A stretch of 60,018 bases of DNA from a bacterium (GTDB taxonomy: Bacteria > Margulisbacteria > Marinamargulisbacteria > JABIPA01), in assembly GCA_018699495.1 (NCBI GenBank), contig JABIQV010000001.1:1-60018 (forward strand), in the 5' to 3' direction. The notes beneath the pieces were generated by a model that was given only the letters and a program-made list of their open reading frames with translations, made no database searches and had not been told where the DNA came from. Shown here in pieces: positions 20,710 through 30,671 of the stretch. The position numbers and the translations under genes were made by a program. Positions within the stretch are counted from its first letter, which is position 1. Each line of letters starts with the position of its first letter.

Positions 20710-21105
20710 ATGATTAAAAAAAAGAAAAAATATAGAAGCGAAATTGTTAATACTGTCATTGGCGAAGACACTCATTTTACTGGGTCATTAAATACCCAAA
20801 AATCAGTCCGTATCGAAGGCTTTTTTGAAGGTGAAATTATTTCCCAAGGTGAAATATTTGTTGGTGCAAATAGCAAAGTAAAGGCGAACTTAATTGCAAA
20901 AAATGTTGTAGTAGCTGGCGAAGTTATTGGAAATATTGAAGCTATTAACGGATTAGAAATTTATCGCTCAGGCCGTGTGGTAGGCGACATAACGGGTGAC
21001 CACTTATACGTTGAAGAAGGTGCAATATATAAAGGCCGTGTAAATATGGATGTCATCTCTTCAAAAAACGATTTCGAAGGACCTTTTAAATTAATCCAAC
21101 AGTAG
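20710..21105 (+). CDS. Bactofilin (polymer-forming cytoskeletal protein, CcmA family)
   Basis: TVIGEDT..G.L....RIEG...G.I, V.GEV.GNI.A, G.V.GDI....L.VEEGA...G beta-helix pattern. Confidence 0.93.
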   Translation: MIKKKKKYRSEIVNTVIGEDTHFTGSLNTQKSVRIEGFFEGEIISQGEIFVGANSKVKANLIAKNVVVAGEVIGNIEAINGLEIYRSGRVVGDITGDHLYVEEGAIYKGRVNMDVISSKNDFEGPFKLIQQ

Positions 21106-21926
21106 TTCCATCTACTTTATACGTTTGTGGGACGCCTATCGGTAATCTTGGAGACATATCAACTAGGCTTATTGCGGTATTAACAGCTGTCGATTGTATC
21201 TATGCTGAAGATACTAGAGTCACAAAGAAATTACTTTCTTCTTGTAAGATAACAACTCAAATTTATTCGCTCAACGCACATACAGAAAAAGAAAAAACTA
21301 GATTAGTTCTTCATTCATTATCTAACCACCAAAGTATTGCTTTGGTATCGGATGCAGGGACACCTAATATTTGTGACCCAGGAGCTTATCTAATAAAAGA
21401 AGTTATTCAAAATAATTACCGTGTCATTCCTGTCCCAGGACCGTCTGCAATTGCCACTCTAGTATCAATATCCGGAATTTTAGCTAACTCATTTTCGTTT
21501 TCGGGATTTTTCCCAAAATCTAAAACCGAGGCGTTCAAGTTACTTGAAACATTAGAACCCTCAAACTACCCAGTTGTCTTTTATGAAACAGCTAAACGAC
21601 TACTATCAACCCTAGATTTTCTAGAAAAAGAAATCGACGTCACAACAATTTGCCTTGCTAAAGAAATGACAAAAAAGTTCGAAACCTACCTTTATGGAAC
21701 CGTTCCAGAAATTAAAAAACAACTCACCACTATCCAGATAAAAGGAGAATGGTGTATTATTTTTACATACAAATTAAAAATACAGAAATCTGTGAGCTCT
21801 CTTGTCCAATCCCTTTTTAACGAGGGTCTAACCACTCATCAAATACTTTTTGTCGCTCATAAGATATTAAAACACCCAAAAAATGAGGTTTATAAACATG
21901 TCTTACTCAACAAGCAACCTGATTGA
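21090..21926 (+). CDS. rsmI: 16S rRNA C1402 2'-O-methyltransferase RsmI; the true ORF extends about 84 codons upstream of the track start, probable ATT start
   Basis: In-frame LYVCGTPIGNLGDIS...AEDTR...LVSDAGTP...DPG...PGPSA...KEMTKKFE...KGE. Confidence 0.93.
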   Translation: MNPTVVPSTLYVCGTPIGNLGDISTRLIAVLTAVDCIYAEDTRVTKKLLSSCKITTQIYSLNAHTEKEKTRLVLHSLSNHQSIALVSDAGTPNICDPGAYLIKEVIQNNYRVIPVPGPSAIATLVSISGILANSFSFSGFFPKSKTEAFKLLETLEPSNYPVVFYETAKRLLSTLDFLEKEIDVTTICLAKEMTKKFETYLYGTVPEIKKQLTTIQIKGEWCIIFTYKLKIQKSVSSLVQSLFNEGLTTHQILFVAHKILKHPKNEVYKHVLLNKQPD

Positions 21927-22674
21927 TACCCATGCCCATATTTATATGTGTAAGGAATCAACAGAAACACTAGCCACCGAGTCAATAACAAACGGAATCC
22001 AATCAACAATAAATGTTGGAATTGATTTAATTACCAGCCAACAGGTGATAAAAGATCATGCCAAATTCCCTTCATTGAAGCCTACTGTAGGCATTCATCC
22101 TTGCTCTACACCAGACATATCTCATGAAGACCTTTTTAAATTAGAATCACTTGCCCTGTTACCTAGCGTTGTTGCCATTGGTGAAACCGGATTAGACTAT
22201 TATTGGGAACCCTACGATAGAGACAAGCAAGAATTTTTCTTTAGATATCAATTGAACCTAGCTGAAAAATTAAATCTTCCCGTCATTGTCCACAACCGTC
22301 GTGCAGATGACGATATAATCAGAATAGCGAATCAATTTCCAGAGGTAAAAAAAGTGTTTCATTGTTTTTCTTGTGGTCCATCCGTGTACGACAAACTAGA
22401 TCATAAAAATCATTTTTTTTCGTTTACTGGTAATATTACCTATTCAACTAAAGGAAAAACTATTCAGGCACTCAAAAAGATCCCAATTCAAAAAATCATG
22501 ATCGAAACCGATGCGCCTTACCTTACTCCCAAGGCTTTTTCAGGACAAAAAAACAGACCGATCTATGTCAAAGAAGTTATGAAAAAGATAGCGTTAGTGA
22601 AAGGTCTCGATGAAACAGAGGTCTCCGAACAAACGACAGCAAATGCTCTCTCGTTTTTTAACTTAGCACTGTAA
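21898..22674 (+). CDS. tatD: TatD family nuclease; probable start ATG 21898
   Basis: IDTHAH, GIHP, IGETGLDY, HNR, HCF, ETDAPYL. Confidence 0.95.
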   Translation: MSYSTSNLIDTHAHIYMCKESTETLATESITNGIQSTINVGIDLITSQQVIKDHAKFPSLKPTVGIHPCSTPDISHEDLFKLESLALLPSVVAIGETGLDYYWEPYDRDKQEFFFRYQLNLAEKLNLPVIVHNRRADDDIIRIANQFPEVKKVFHCFSCGPSVYDKLDHKNHFFSFTGNITYSTKGKTIQALKKIPIQKIMIETDAPYLTPKAFSGQKNRPIYVKEVMKKIALVKGLDETEVSEQTTANALSFFNLAL

Positions 22675-22677
22675 CCG

Positions 22678-23676
22678 ATGGGAAAATTATTAAAATTAAA
22701 ACAATCACGGGCTCTGATTATCCAAATCTCCCAATGCTTGGCATCTGGGATTTCTCTAAATAAAGCACTATGTTTAATCAGAGATCATGAAACTAAAAAT
22801 GAGCAAAAGAAAATTTTGAATACAAGCATATCTGACCTGAACAAAGGTTATTCTTTTATATCATGTCTTCGCCCTATCCTACCCAATGATTTTTATCTTT
22901 CTCAATTAAGTACTAACCACAATCCTGATATTCGGTTACTTCTTCCCCATTTGATTCACTATTTTGACGTTAAAATTAGTCAAATTGAGATGATTAAAAA
23001 AGAAATGAAGTATCCAATATTTTTGTGTGGACTAAGTATCTGTCTTATCATTCTTTTCCTATCTTTCTTAGCACCTCAATATTCAGAACTTTTTATTAAC
23101 CTCCAAATCCCACTCCCCCCCCTATTCAAAGCAGTTGATCGTCTCAATCAAATTATAGCTAATTTTTATCTCTCGACTAATGTCGTCTTGCTACTAATTG
23201 CTGCTCCCATACTTATTTTTTGCCTATTTAAAAAAACTCTACTTCAAATTAAAAAGCAATATTCTAATAATCCTTCTGACATTCTGTGGATATTTGGTAT
23301 CTTCTTAAAAGGCAACTATTCCATTCAAGAAATTTTAGAAATGATAAATTTCTCAGGCCGATCAGAAAATACTATATTTTCGTGTTTCAAAAAAAAGTTT
23401 CAAACCACAGGTCTATTTTCAAAAAGCTTTTGCCGCTACTTCACCATTCCATCAATCGACCAAACGCTTTTAAAAAATAGTGAACAATCTGGGAACCTAA
23501 CTCAAACAGTTCTTGATATTTCTAAATCACTCTCCGAGACCCATCACCTTAAAAAAATGAACCTTTTGAAAGTAATTCCTTCTGCATGCTTGTTGTTTGT
23601 TAGTTTATTAATTTTTCTATTTATGAGCTCAACTTTCCTGCCTCTTCTTGAAGGCCTAGGGAATTTGAATTTTTAA
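22678..23676 (+). CDS. Type IV pilus / type II secretion inner-membrane platform protein (PilC/GspF family), divergent
   Basis: LASGISL..AL, MKYPIFL, PQYSELF...LPP, SEQSGNL, three-TM layout. Confidence 0.8.
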   Translation: MGKLLKLKQSRALIIQISQCLASGISLNKALCLIRDHETKNEQKKILNTSISDLNKGYSFISCLRPILPNDFYLSQLSTNHNPDIRLLLPHLIHYFDVKISQIEMIKKEMKYPIFLCGLSICLIILFLSFLAPQYSELFINLQIPLPPLFKAVDRLNQIIANFYLSTNVVLLLIAAPILIFCLFKKTLLQIKKQYSNNPSDILWIFGIFLKGNYSIQEILEMINFSGRSENTIFSCFKKKFQTTGLFSKSFCRYFTIPSIDQTLLKNSEQSGNLTQTVLDISKSLSETHHLKKMNLLKVIPSACLLFVSLLIFLFMSSTFLPLLEGLGNLNF

Positions 23677-23880
23677 CAAGTGTTAATTTCGTACCGGTCA
23701 AACAACTTAATCGGCCCTAAGACGATTTTCAAATGGCAAAAAACAATGAAATTGGTCGTTATTATTACGTTTTATTCTCATCAAGATCACTAGTTCAAAC
23801 TAAAAAATATAACGTGCCATCCACTTTTTAATATATCTGATTATTAACGGCAGAGCACAACTCAATTAGCTTATTTTTAG

Positions 23881-23910
23881 TTGACGTAATATAAATAAAA
23901 TTTGTATAAT
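23881..23910 (+). promoter_or_regulatory. Sigma70 promoter of the pilin gene
   Basis: TTGACG, 18 nt, TATAAT; RBS AAGGAG before ATG 24007. Confidence 0.65.
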
Positions 23911-24006
23911 TTTATTATCTATAAAGTAACTAAACGGATATATGCTACTATCCCCACCACATAAAATTATACCCTACTTCAGCATGCTAATTAAAAAGGA
24001 GATTAA

Positions 24007-24441
24007 ATGAAAAAAACCAAAGTCCTGTTAGACCTACATAGAAATAAAGGATTTACATTAATCGAGCTTATTCTCTGTCTTTCTATTATTGGTTTAATGA
24101 TGTCCTTTATCGCTCCAAATTTTGGGAATGTGTTATCGAATTCGAAAGAACAGGGTGTTAAAGCAGCATTAAGAACCGTGCAAATATCTCTTGAGAACTA
24201 TTACTTAAATAAGGAAACGTATCCGCAAGGAACAGATGTGCATGTGTCATCTATTCTGGAAGAATTAAAAACATCCGGAGCTATAAGTAAAGAAATTAAA
24301 AACCCCTTTTCGGGAGAAGTTTTCTCAGACACCGATACTTCAGGGTTTATAACATACTCATTCGAACCTGACAGTCAATCATACACGTTGGAAGCGAAAG
24401 GATTAAACAACGAATTTACTATTTTACTGGTTGAACATTAG
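24007..24441 (+). CDS. Type IV pilin / GspG-like pseudopilin
   Basis: Prepilin cleavage and methylation motif KG|FTLIEL, hydrophobic helix, LENY...YP, NPF. Confidence 0.9.
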   Translation: MKKTKVLLDLHRNKGFTLIELILCLSIIGLMMSFIAPNFGNVLSNSKEQGVKAALRTVQISLENYYLNKETYPQGTDVHVSSILEELKTSGAISKEIKNPFSGEVFSDTDTSGFITYSFEPDSQSYTLEAKGLNNEFTILLVEH

Positions 24442-24501
24442 ATGCCAATTTCCTGATTAAATTTATTTAATCGCCTAAAATCAGGGATGATTCGTCACTA
24501 T

Positions 24502-25404
24502 TTATTTGGTGACATTTACTGTTGACGAGAAATAATGAGCTGTATCTCCATTTTCTACGAACTCCATAGAATAATTGACCTGTTTCTTTTCAAACGCCAT
24601 CGAAAAACCCAACGTTGAATGGTAGACGGATTTATCATTTTTCAAAACCCCCTTTTGCCCTATTAATATATTTAAATTTTCTAGTGGTAATTTTGATAAT
24701 TGAGCGCCAACACTAAAAATAGGCGTCCCTTCGATGAAATCCGACTGCCCATAAATCGAAACCCCAAAGTTTTCTATCGTATGACTTCCTGATAATGACA
24801 GCTGGGATGAAATAATTTCTGAAGCTCCAAAATAAGTTTGAAAACTCGACGTCAATGCATTTTTATATAAAATGGAAAACCTGGAATTTCTTTCAGAAAA
24901 TGATACCCCCAAATTGGCGTCAAACGAACTTTCATTAGTAAACTGAGTCTGAACTTTATATAAAATCCCGCTCACTCCCAACGATATGATCCAATCTCCT
25001 GACGAAACTGATGTGGACACTCCAGATACTGCTTTTACCGAATGGTTAGACAGTTGGTCTCCAGGCTTTTTTTCCTCAAAAAATCCAAATAATCCATCAT
25101 TTACCGTCTCAGAAACCCCTATACCAAACATACCAAAAGGAAGCTTGATTGTGGCACCAATATTTCTGTAATCTACACCAGATCCATTTTCAGTACTAAA
25201 CCCTGTTACCTGAATCCCTCGTCCACCCATTAATGCTGGATTTGAAAAAATAGCCTCTGGCCCCTTTTCTACGTCCGAAACTCCACCAATGCCTGCTGAA
25301 TAAGCTGAGTAGCCGATGGACTCCATGTCCACTAAATCCATTGACACTACATATGAATAATTTAACGCAACCGCCACAAAAATACCTATAACTAATCGCA
25401 CCAT
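24502..25404 (-). CDS. Putative outer-membrane beta-barrel, PorV/FadL-like
   Basis: Signal peptide; GYSAYSAGIGG...EAIFSNPALM resembles the A-x-x-MGG...NPA motif; amphipathic beta strands to the C-terminus. Confidence 0.6.
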   Translation of the reverse strand: MVRLVIGIFVAVALNYSYVVSMDLVDMESIGYSAYSAGIGGVSDVEKGPEAIFSNPALMGGRGIQVTGFSTENGSGVDYRNIGATIKLPFGMFGIGVSETVNDGLFGFFEEKKPGDQLSNHSVKAVSGVSTSVSSGDWIISLGVSGILYKVQTQFTNESSFDANLGVSFSERNSRFSILYKNALTSSFQTYFGASEIISSQLSLSGSHTIENFGVSIYGQSDFIEGTPIFSVGAQLSKLPLENLNILIGQKGVLKNDKSVYHSTLGFSMAFEKKQVNYSMEFVENGDTAHYFSSTVNVTK

Positions 25405-25554
25405 GCCCCACCCCTTTTTATTTCAACCCATAGCTTCTATACCCGAAAATATGTTATCTAAACCCATGTAAAATTAATCAACGATTCATACCTGCTCATT
25501 TTTAGTCTATACTATTAACTTAATTCTAATTCGATCACTGATTAAATAGACATA

Positions 25555-28500
25555 ATGAGCATACATAAATCATTTTATTCAATTTTACTTATTTTTTTCC
25601 TTTTTTTGGAACAATCGTCGTTTTCTCTATCTTTTTCAGACAACATCACAGAAATAAAAGGAACCGCCTCCAGGCAATACCTTGGACGAAACATGGTCTC
25701 TATTTCTGACATTAACGGGAACCATAAGCCAGACTTACTTATTACTGCACCTGAGTTCAATACTTCTTCTGGAAAATATTACATATTTTTTGATTATTCA
25801 TTAGATGATGTCTCTTTAAGCGACACCGATGCCGACCTTCAGAGTACAACGGGCATAGAAGGTAGCTTATTTTCAAAAAACATTGTTGGTAATGGAGACT
25901 TTAATGGAGATGGAATTGGAGATTTTGTAATAGCTATTCCAGAATTCTCTCCTCAACAATTATTTTTGATAGCCGGCGATAAGGATGAAAATATTAATTT
26001 AGTAAACGCTTCTGTTTCGATTATTAGCCAAGAAACAATTTTAAATAAAGGAGCAGAACTCTCTTCCTCGTTATCTCTTTCTGGAGATGTAAATGGAGAC
26101 GGATTTTCAGATTTATTAATTGGAGCTGATTTTTCAGATTCCTCAGTTGGAACAAATACAGGATCATCTTTTTTATTACTTGGACGCGACGATATGTCGT
26201 CATTGCTTAATCTTGAATTAAATCAATCAACAACAATGAATATAGAGTTTATTGGATCTTCTGAATTTGAACATTTTGGATATAGTGTTGCTATCTTGCC
26301 AGACATTAACGGAGATGGATTAGACGACATTATGATTTCATCTTTCGACCATACGTCTCAATTTTCCAAAGCTACCTATTTATTTTACGGGAGTAAACTA
26401 ACATTTGACCCTTCAAAAACGAAACAACTATTAAAGGCGGAGAATGCTGATGCTAGTTTCATTCACACTTCTGATAGTGGGTTTGGAGACACTGTAATTG
26501 GCCTGGGTGATATAAACGGAGATCTATTCGGCGACTTCGCTATTTCAGCACCTTTTTCAGATGAAGGAGATGGCAATATTTTTATTTTTCTTGGCGGGAA
26601 GGGTACTCCCTATTCTGAAAAAAACATGCCTGCTATTGAACAATCCATGACTATCCAAGGAACCAATCAGTCATCTCTAGGTTTTCATAGCTTAACTCGG
26701 CTCGGTGATATTAATGGAGACAATCTACAAGACATTGGAATTGGCTCTTATTTTTCTAATAATCAAAAAGGAGAAGTCTATATATTCCTGGGGAAAACCG
26801 GGTTTGAAAAAGGGTCTAATTTGCTAGTTACATTAGCAGACATTACGTTAACACCTGACTCTACATCTGAACGAATGGGTTATTCACTTTCACCAGGAGA
26901 TGACTTCAACCAAGACTATATAGACGAATTTTTTATTTCTGCAAGAGAGTCTGGCGATGTTACCGATAAGATGGGAATTCTCCGTGCCTTTTCACTTCGT
27001 TCGAATATTATTCCGACGACAATCGGTCCGTTTTCTGTTTTTACAGATTCTGCCCGAACTTCTTTAGCGACAACCGTAAAAAATACTGACGTTCTTTATT
27101 TAAGAATTGAAGCAAATGATCCGACCTCTTCGACAGAAAATATTATTCAAATTGTTGCAGAATTCGAAACACATTCGATTAGTGTTAACATGGTCGAAAC
27201 AACGACAAGCTCAGGTATTTATGAAGGTGCAGTAAGAGTTTCCTCGGGACGTTCGTCGAAACTTTTATCCCAAATTTCGGCAGATAAAGGTAAGCCCATT
27301 AAATTCACATACGATGATGCAACTCTAGCAACAGTTGATGTTATAAACTCCACACCGGAGGTGGTTAGTTTTTCTATCTCTCAATCTGGAATTGGAAGCG
27401 AAACGTCAGTAGAACTCAGTTATGTAGTATCTGATGGTAATTTCGACAAATTTAATTTTAGTGAGTCCCCTTCTCAAATTCAACAATTTAATTTCATAGC
27501 TGAAGAATGGGAAAATCTTTCCGATCTAGACGGAGCGCTTACCAATTTGAGTTCAAGTCCTAGGGGGATAACCTACTCTCGCGCTAATACCGTGAACGTT
27601 GGAAACATTGAGGAAACAATACAAATTAGAATTAGACCCTCCGATGATGAAGGGTTAGGAGCCTATTTTGAAAGTAATTCTATCGTAGTCGATAATACAA
27701 ACCCATCCCCTCCAACACTTAATTCTATTTCCACAAAAAGTGCGTTGAACATTACTGTTTCAGGTAAAGCGGAGCCTTCTTCGTTGGTCAACGTGTATCG
27801 TACTAATTCATCTCAAGACACTTGGGAATTAACTGCGACAACAACTGCAGATTCACAGGGCGATTTTATGGCATTCCCTGTCCCACTCACAGATACATTG
27901 TCCTTTATAGCAGGTAAAAGTGTCGATTCTGTAGGTAATGAATCGATTACCAGCAATGTTATATCTGTTTCCTTTGGAACTATCGACTATGGCGAATCAA
28001 GTGGGCAACTCTCGATATCCTTTTCCCTAGCTAAAAATACAGTTACATCGGACCAAACCATAGACTTTTTAGAAATACCAACTCAAAATTTAGAGGCCTT
28101 AACAGGACCTCCTCCACCATTCTATTCCTTCGAATCATCTTTCAAAATTGGAGACGAAAAAAATTCTCTTTCCTCATCGGTTTTAACTACTCTGACATTT
28201 ACGGACATATTGACGTCAACCTCCGATATAAAATTAATGATCTGGAGTGCCACATCGGCTACGTGGAAGGAAATGGAGATAAAAACTATATCAGTTGGAG
28301 AAATTTCATATAATATGAGTTCTTTTGGATATTATTCAATAATAGGCTTAAATGATAAAACTGCACCAAAAATTTCAGACCTCCTCATAAATAACATGCC
28401 AATAAATAGTACTTTTTATTATACCAACACGCCTTTTATCACAGTTAATATCGAGGATGCTGACTCCGGTGTTTCCAGCTATTCTATTTCATTAAAAAAC

Positions 28501-28992
28501 GAAACCAATGAAAGTATAAAATCGAACTCAGGTCAATTTGGAGTAAAAACCACGACGTTCTCACCAAGTTTAAATATAACGGAAGAGCTGAGCGATGGGG
28601 CCTATACAATCAACGTTGTGGCCTTCGATAATGGAATCAATTCAAGCAGCATGGAGAGCACATTTCTGATTGACGAAAGTGTACTGAGTATTGAAACGGT
28701 ATTTGGCCCAAATCCATGGGATCCTACCATTAAAGAATTAGTTATAGGAATTAACGCTAGCCAAACCATAGACTCCATTCAGGTATATATTTTTGATCAA
28801 CGTCAGCAAAAAATAATGGAAAAAACAATAGACTCTTTCGCGTTTATTGGCGGCGGCTATCATACTATCACTTGGGATGGCCAAACCTCGAATAACAACC
28901 TCGTCAAAAATGGACTCTATTACGGATATATACTTGTTAAATCAAACTCCGGAATCTACAAAGAAAAAATAAAAATCATGGTCTTAAAATAG
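25555..28992 (+). CDS. Secreted FG-GAP/integrin-alpha beta-propeller protein with Ig-like domains and a C-terminal FlgD-Ig/T9SS-CTD-like domain
   Basis: Seven D-x-N-G-D-type Ca loops (DINGNHKPD, DFNGDGIGD, DVNGDGFSD, DINGDGLDD, DINGDLFGD, DINGDNLQD, DFNQDYIDE); DNTNP and DKTAP Ig linkers; terminal GPNP...TWDG...NGLY...KIMVLK. Confidence 0.85.
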   Translation: MSIHKSFYSILLIFFLFLEQSSFSLSFSDNITEIKGTASRQYLGRNMVSISDINGNHKPDLLITAPEFNTSSGKYYIFFDYSLDDVSLSDTDADLQSTTGIEGSLFSKNIVGNGDFNGDGIGDFVIAIPEFSPQQLFLIAGDKDENINLVNASVSIISQETILNKGAELSSSLSLSGDVNGDGFSDLLIGADFSDSSVGTNTGSSFLLLGRDDMSSLLNLELNQSTTMNIEFIGSSEFEHFGYSVAILPDINGDGLDDIMISSFDHTSQFSKATYLFYGSKLTFDPSKTKQLLKAENADASFIHTSDSGFGDTVIGLGDINGDLFGDFAISAPFSDEGDGNIFIFLGGKGTPYSEKNMPAIEQSMTIQGTNQSSLGFHSLTRLGDINGDNLQDIGIGSYFSNNQKGEVYIFLGKTGFEKGSNLLVTLADITLTPDSTSERMGYSLSPGDDFNQDYIDEFFISARESGDVTDKMGILRAFSLRSNIIPTTIGPFSVFTDSARTSLATTVKNTDVLYLRIEANDPTSSTENIIQIVAEFETHSISVNMVETTTSSGIYEGAVRVSSGRSSKLLSQISADKGKPIKFTYDDATLATVDVINSTPEVVSFSISQSGIGSETSVELSYVVSDGNFDKFNFSESPSQIQQFNFIAEEWENLSDLDGALTNLSSSPRGITYSRANTVNVGNIEETIQIRIRPSDDEGLGAYFESNSIVVDNTNPSPPTLNSISTKSALNITVSGKAEPSSLVNVYRTNSSQDTWELTATTTADSQGDFMAFPVPLTDTLSFIAGKSVDSVGNESITSNVISVSFGTIDYGESSGQLSISFSLAKNTVTSDQTIDFLEIPTQNLEALTGPPPPFYSFESSFKIGDEKNSLSSSVLTTLTFTDILTSTSDIKLMIWSATSATWKEMEIKTISVGEISYNMSSFGYYSIIGLNDKTAPKISDLLINNMPINSTFYYTNTPFITVNIEDADSGVSSYSISLKNETNESIKSNSGQFGVKTTTFSPSLNITEELSDGAYTINVVAFDNGINSSSMESTFLIDESVLSIETVFGPNPWDPTIKELVIGINASQTIDSIQVYIFDQRQQKIMEKTIDSFAFIGGGYHTITWDGQTSNNNLVKNGLYYGYILVKSNSGIYKEKIKIMVLK

Positions 28993-29005
28993 AGGAATGT
29001 AATCA

Positions 29006-30523
29006 ATGCAATCGATAAAAACATCTAATAAACTAGCAACTCAATGTTTTATAATCTTATTTACAACCTGGATATGTTCGACTTCCATCACTTCAAATAC
29101 AGAGTTTTCAAGAAATGTATTTGACGCCAGTATCTCAGCGATTGGCGGGGCAAGCATAGGAAAAAAAGACCTTCCCTCAAGTATTTTCTACAACTGGGCA
29201 GCTCCTTCCAATAAAACAATGTCCATTATGTTTCAATCTGGTTCAATTTTAGACGCGCCTTATCTGGTATCTGCGGGTGAACTAAATTTGATAGTACCTT
29301 TTAGAATTGCATATCTTTCTCAAACTGACTCAAATATCCCTGAATCTATAATTAACGATCTTGGCATCCCTGAAATGACAAATGAGACAATGACTCAATC
29401 TTTCCAAGAGTTATTAGTCTCTTTCTCGCACAACGTAATGGGAATAGATGTTGGTTGGCTCTTAGATTACTCGTTTGAATCTCTTCACAAAGAAACCGGC
29501 CAGGCTATAAGTCTTGGCGTTGCTCTTAGAAAAGAGTTTCAATTCCTTGGAATAACGGGGGGCGTTGGAGTTAGTACAAGAGACCTAATTTCTGGAGGTC
29601 AGGTTTGGACAACTGGGTTAACCGAAGTAATTTCTCCGTTTACGGCAGTTGCTCTTGATATATTTTTAACAAAAGACATCCATGTTGTGACTGGTTTAAA
29701 AATCTCGAACGAGTACCCTCTTATATATAGCTTCGGATCTGAGTACTCAGTCTATCAATCCCCAGCCGCGACCGTGATTGCACGTGCTGGTCTTGAGACG
29801 GAAAATTTGAGACTTGGGCTTGGACTCAATTTTCAGGGATATCTACTCAACTATGCGTATTCCATGCAAAACTACTCATTTATTGAAAATGAACATCAAG
29901 TCTCATTTCAACTTAATCTAAACAAATTCCAACAAGTGTTTAATAAAAATTCTCACCAGAAGACTAATACCTTTCAGCATTTAAATACCCCCACATCACA
30001 AAAGTATAAAGTTGGTTTCAAAAATACCGAATCCCCTCAGTCTTCATCACTGTTTAACAACACAATTTCTTCATTAAAAAATCAAAAAACAGCCATTCCA
30101 ACAAAAAGATTATCACCCGAATTCTATAGTCTAAAACAAGCGCCTGAAAAAAACCTTCTACCCAGTGTTGCACCCCCTACTCTTGTTTTTTCGGCCCTTC
30201 TATCTAAAACAAAAAATAGCCAAAAACTAAAAATCGAGGAGTTCAACTCTATAGAAACTAAAAATATAAATAATGAAAATGACCAATTAATTAAAAAGCG
30301 AACATACCCTGTCCCATTTTTACTGGATTTTACATTTAACAAAAAAAGGTACAGTTTTGAGGTTTCTACTACTAAGACGGGGTACACAATTATTTCGGGG
30401 TCCCTCTCCAAAGGCGCAAAAATTCTTGTTCAAAATGAAATCTTACCCCTAAAGTCGAATCAATTATTCAAAAAGTTTAAGTTAGAAGAGACTCCTGTAT
30501 CAATCTTAATATTTTTCGAATAG
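29006..30523 (+). CDS. Putative PorV/PorP-like outer-membrane beta-barrel with an extra C-terminal soluble region
   Basis: Signal peptide; DASISAIGGA...SIFYNWA; barrel-end pattern FGSEY...ARAG...LGLGL...NYAYS...HQVSF; then a Ser/Lys-rich linker and a small domain. Confidence 0.6.
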   Translation: MQSIKTSNKLATQCFIILFTTWICSTSITSNTEFSRNVFDASISAIGGASIGKKDLPSSIFYNWAAPSNKTMSIMFQSGSILDAPYLVSAGELNLIVPFRIAYLSQTDSNIPESIINDLGIPEMTNETMTQSFQELLVSFSHNVMGIDVGWLLDYSFESLHKETGQAISLGVALRKEFQFLGITGGVGVSTRDLISGGQVWTTGLTEVISPFTAVALDIFLTKDIHVVTGLKISNEYPLIYSFGSEYSVYQSPAATVIARAGLETENLRLGLGLNFQGYLLNYAYSMQNYSFIENEHQVSFQLNLNKFQQVFNKNSHQKTNTFQHLNTPTSQKYKVGFKNTESPQSSSLFNNTISSLKNQKTAIPTKRLSPEFYSLKQAPEKNLLPSVAPPTLVFSALLSKTKNSQKLKIEEFNSIETKNINNENDQLIKKRTYPVPFLLDFTFNKKRYSFEVSTTKTGYTIISGSLSKGAKILVQNEILPLKSNQLFKKFKLEETPVSILIFFE

Positions 30524-30671
30524 AGTTCCCTTTTTGCTATTACATACACGACCACGCAAAATTTAGCTTTTGCCCTAGATTTAAGCATAAGCATTTAAAG
30601 GTTTAGCTTTCTAAAATTTTTTCTATTTATGTAGCCCTAAAAACATCCGAACTGTTTATATTGAACCATTA

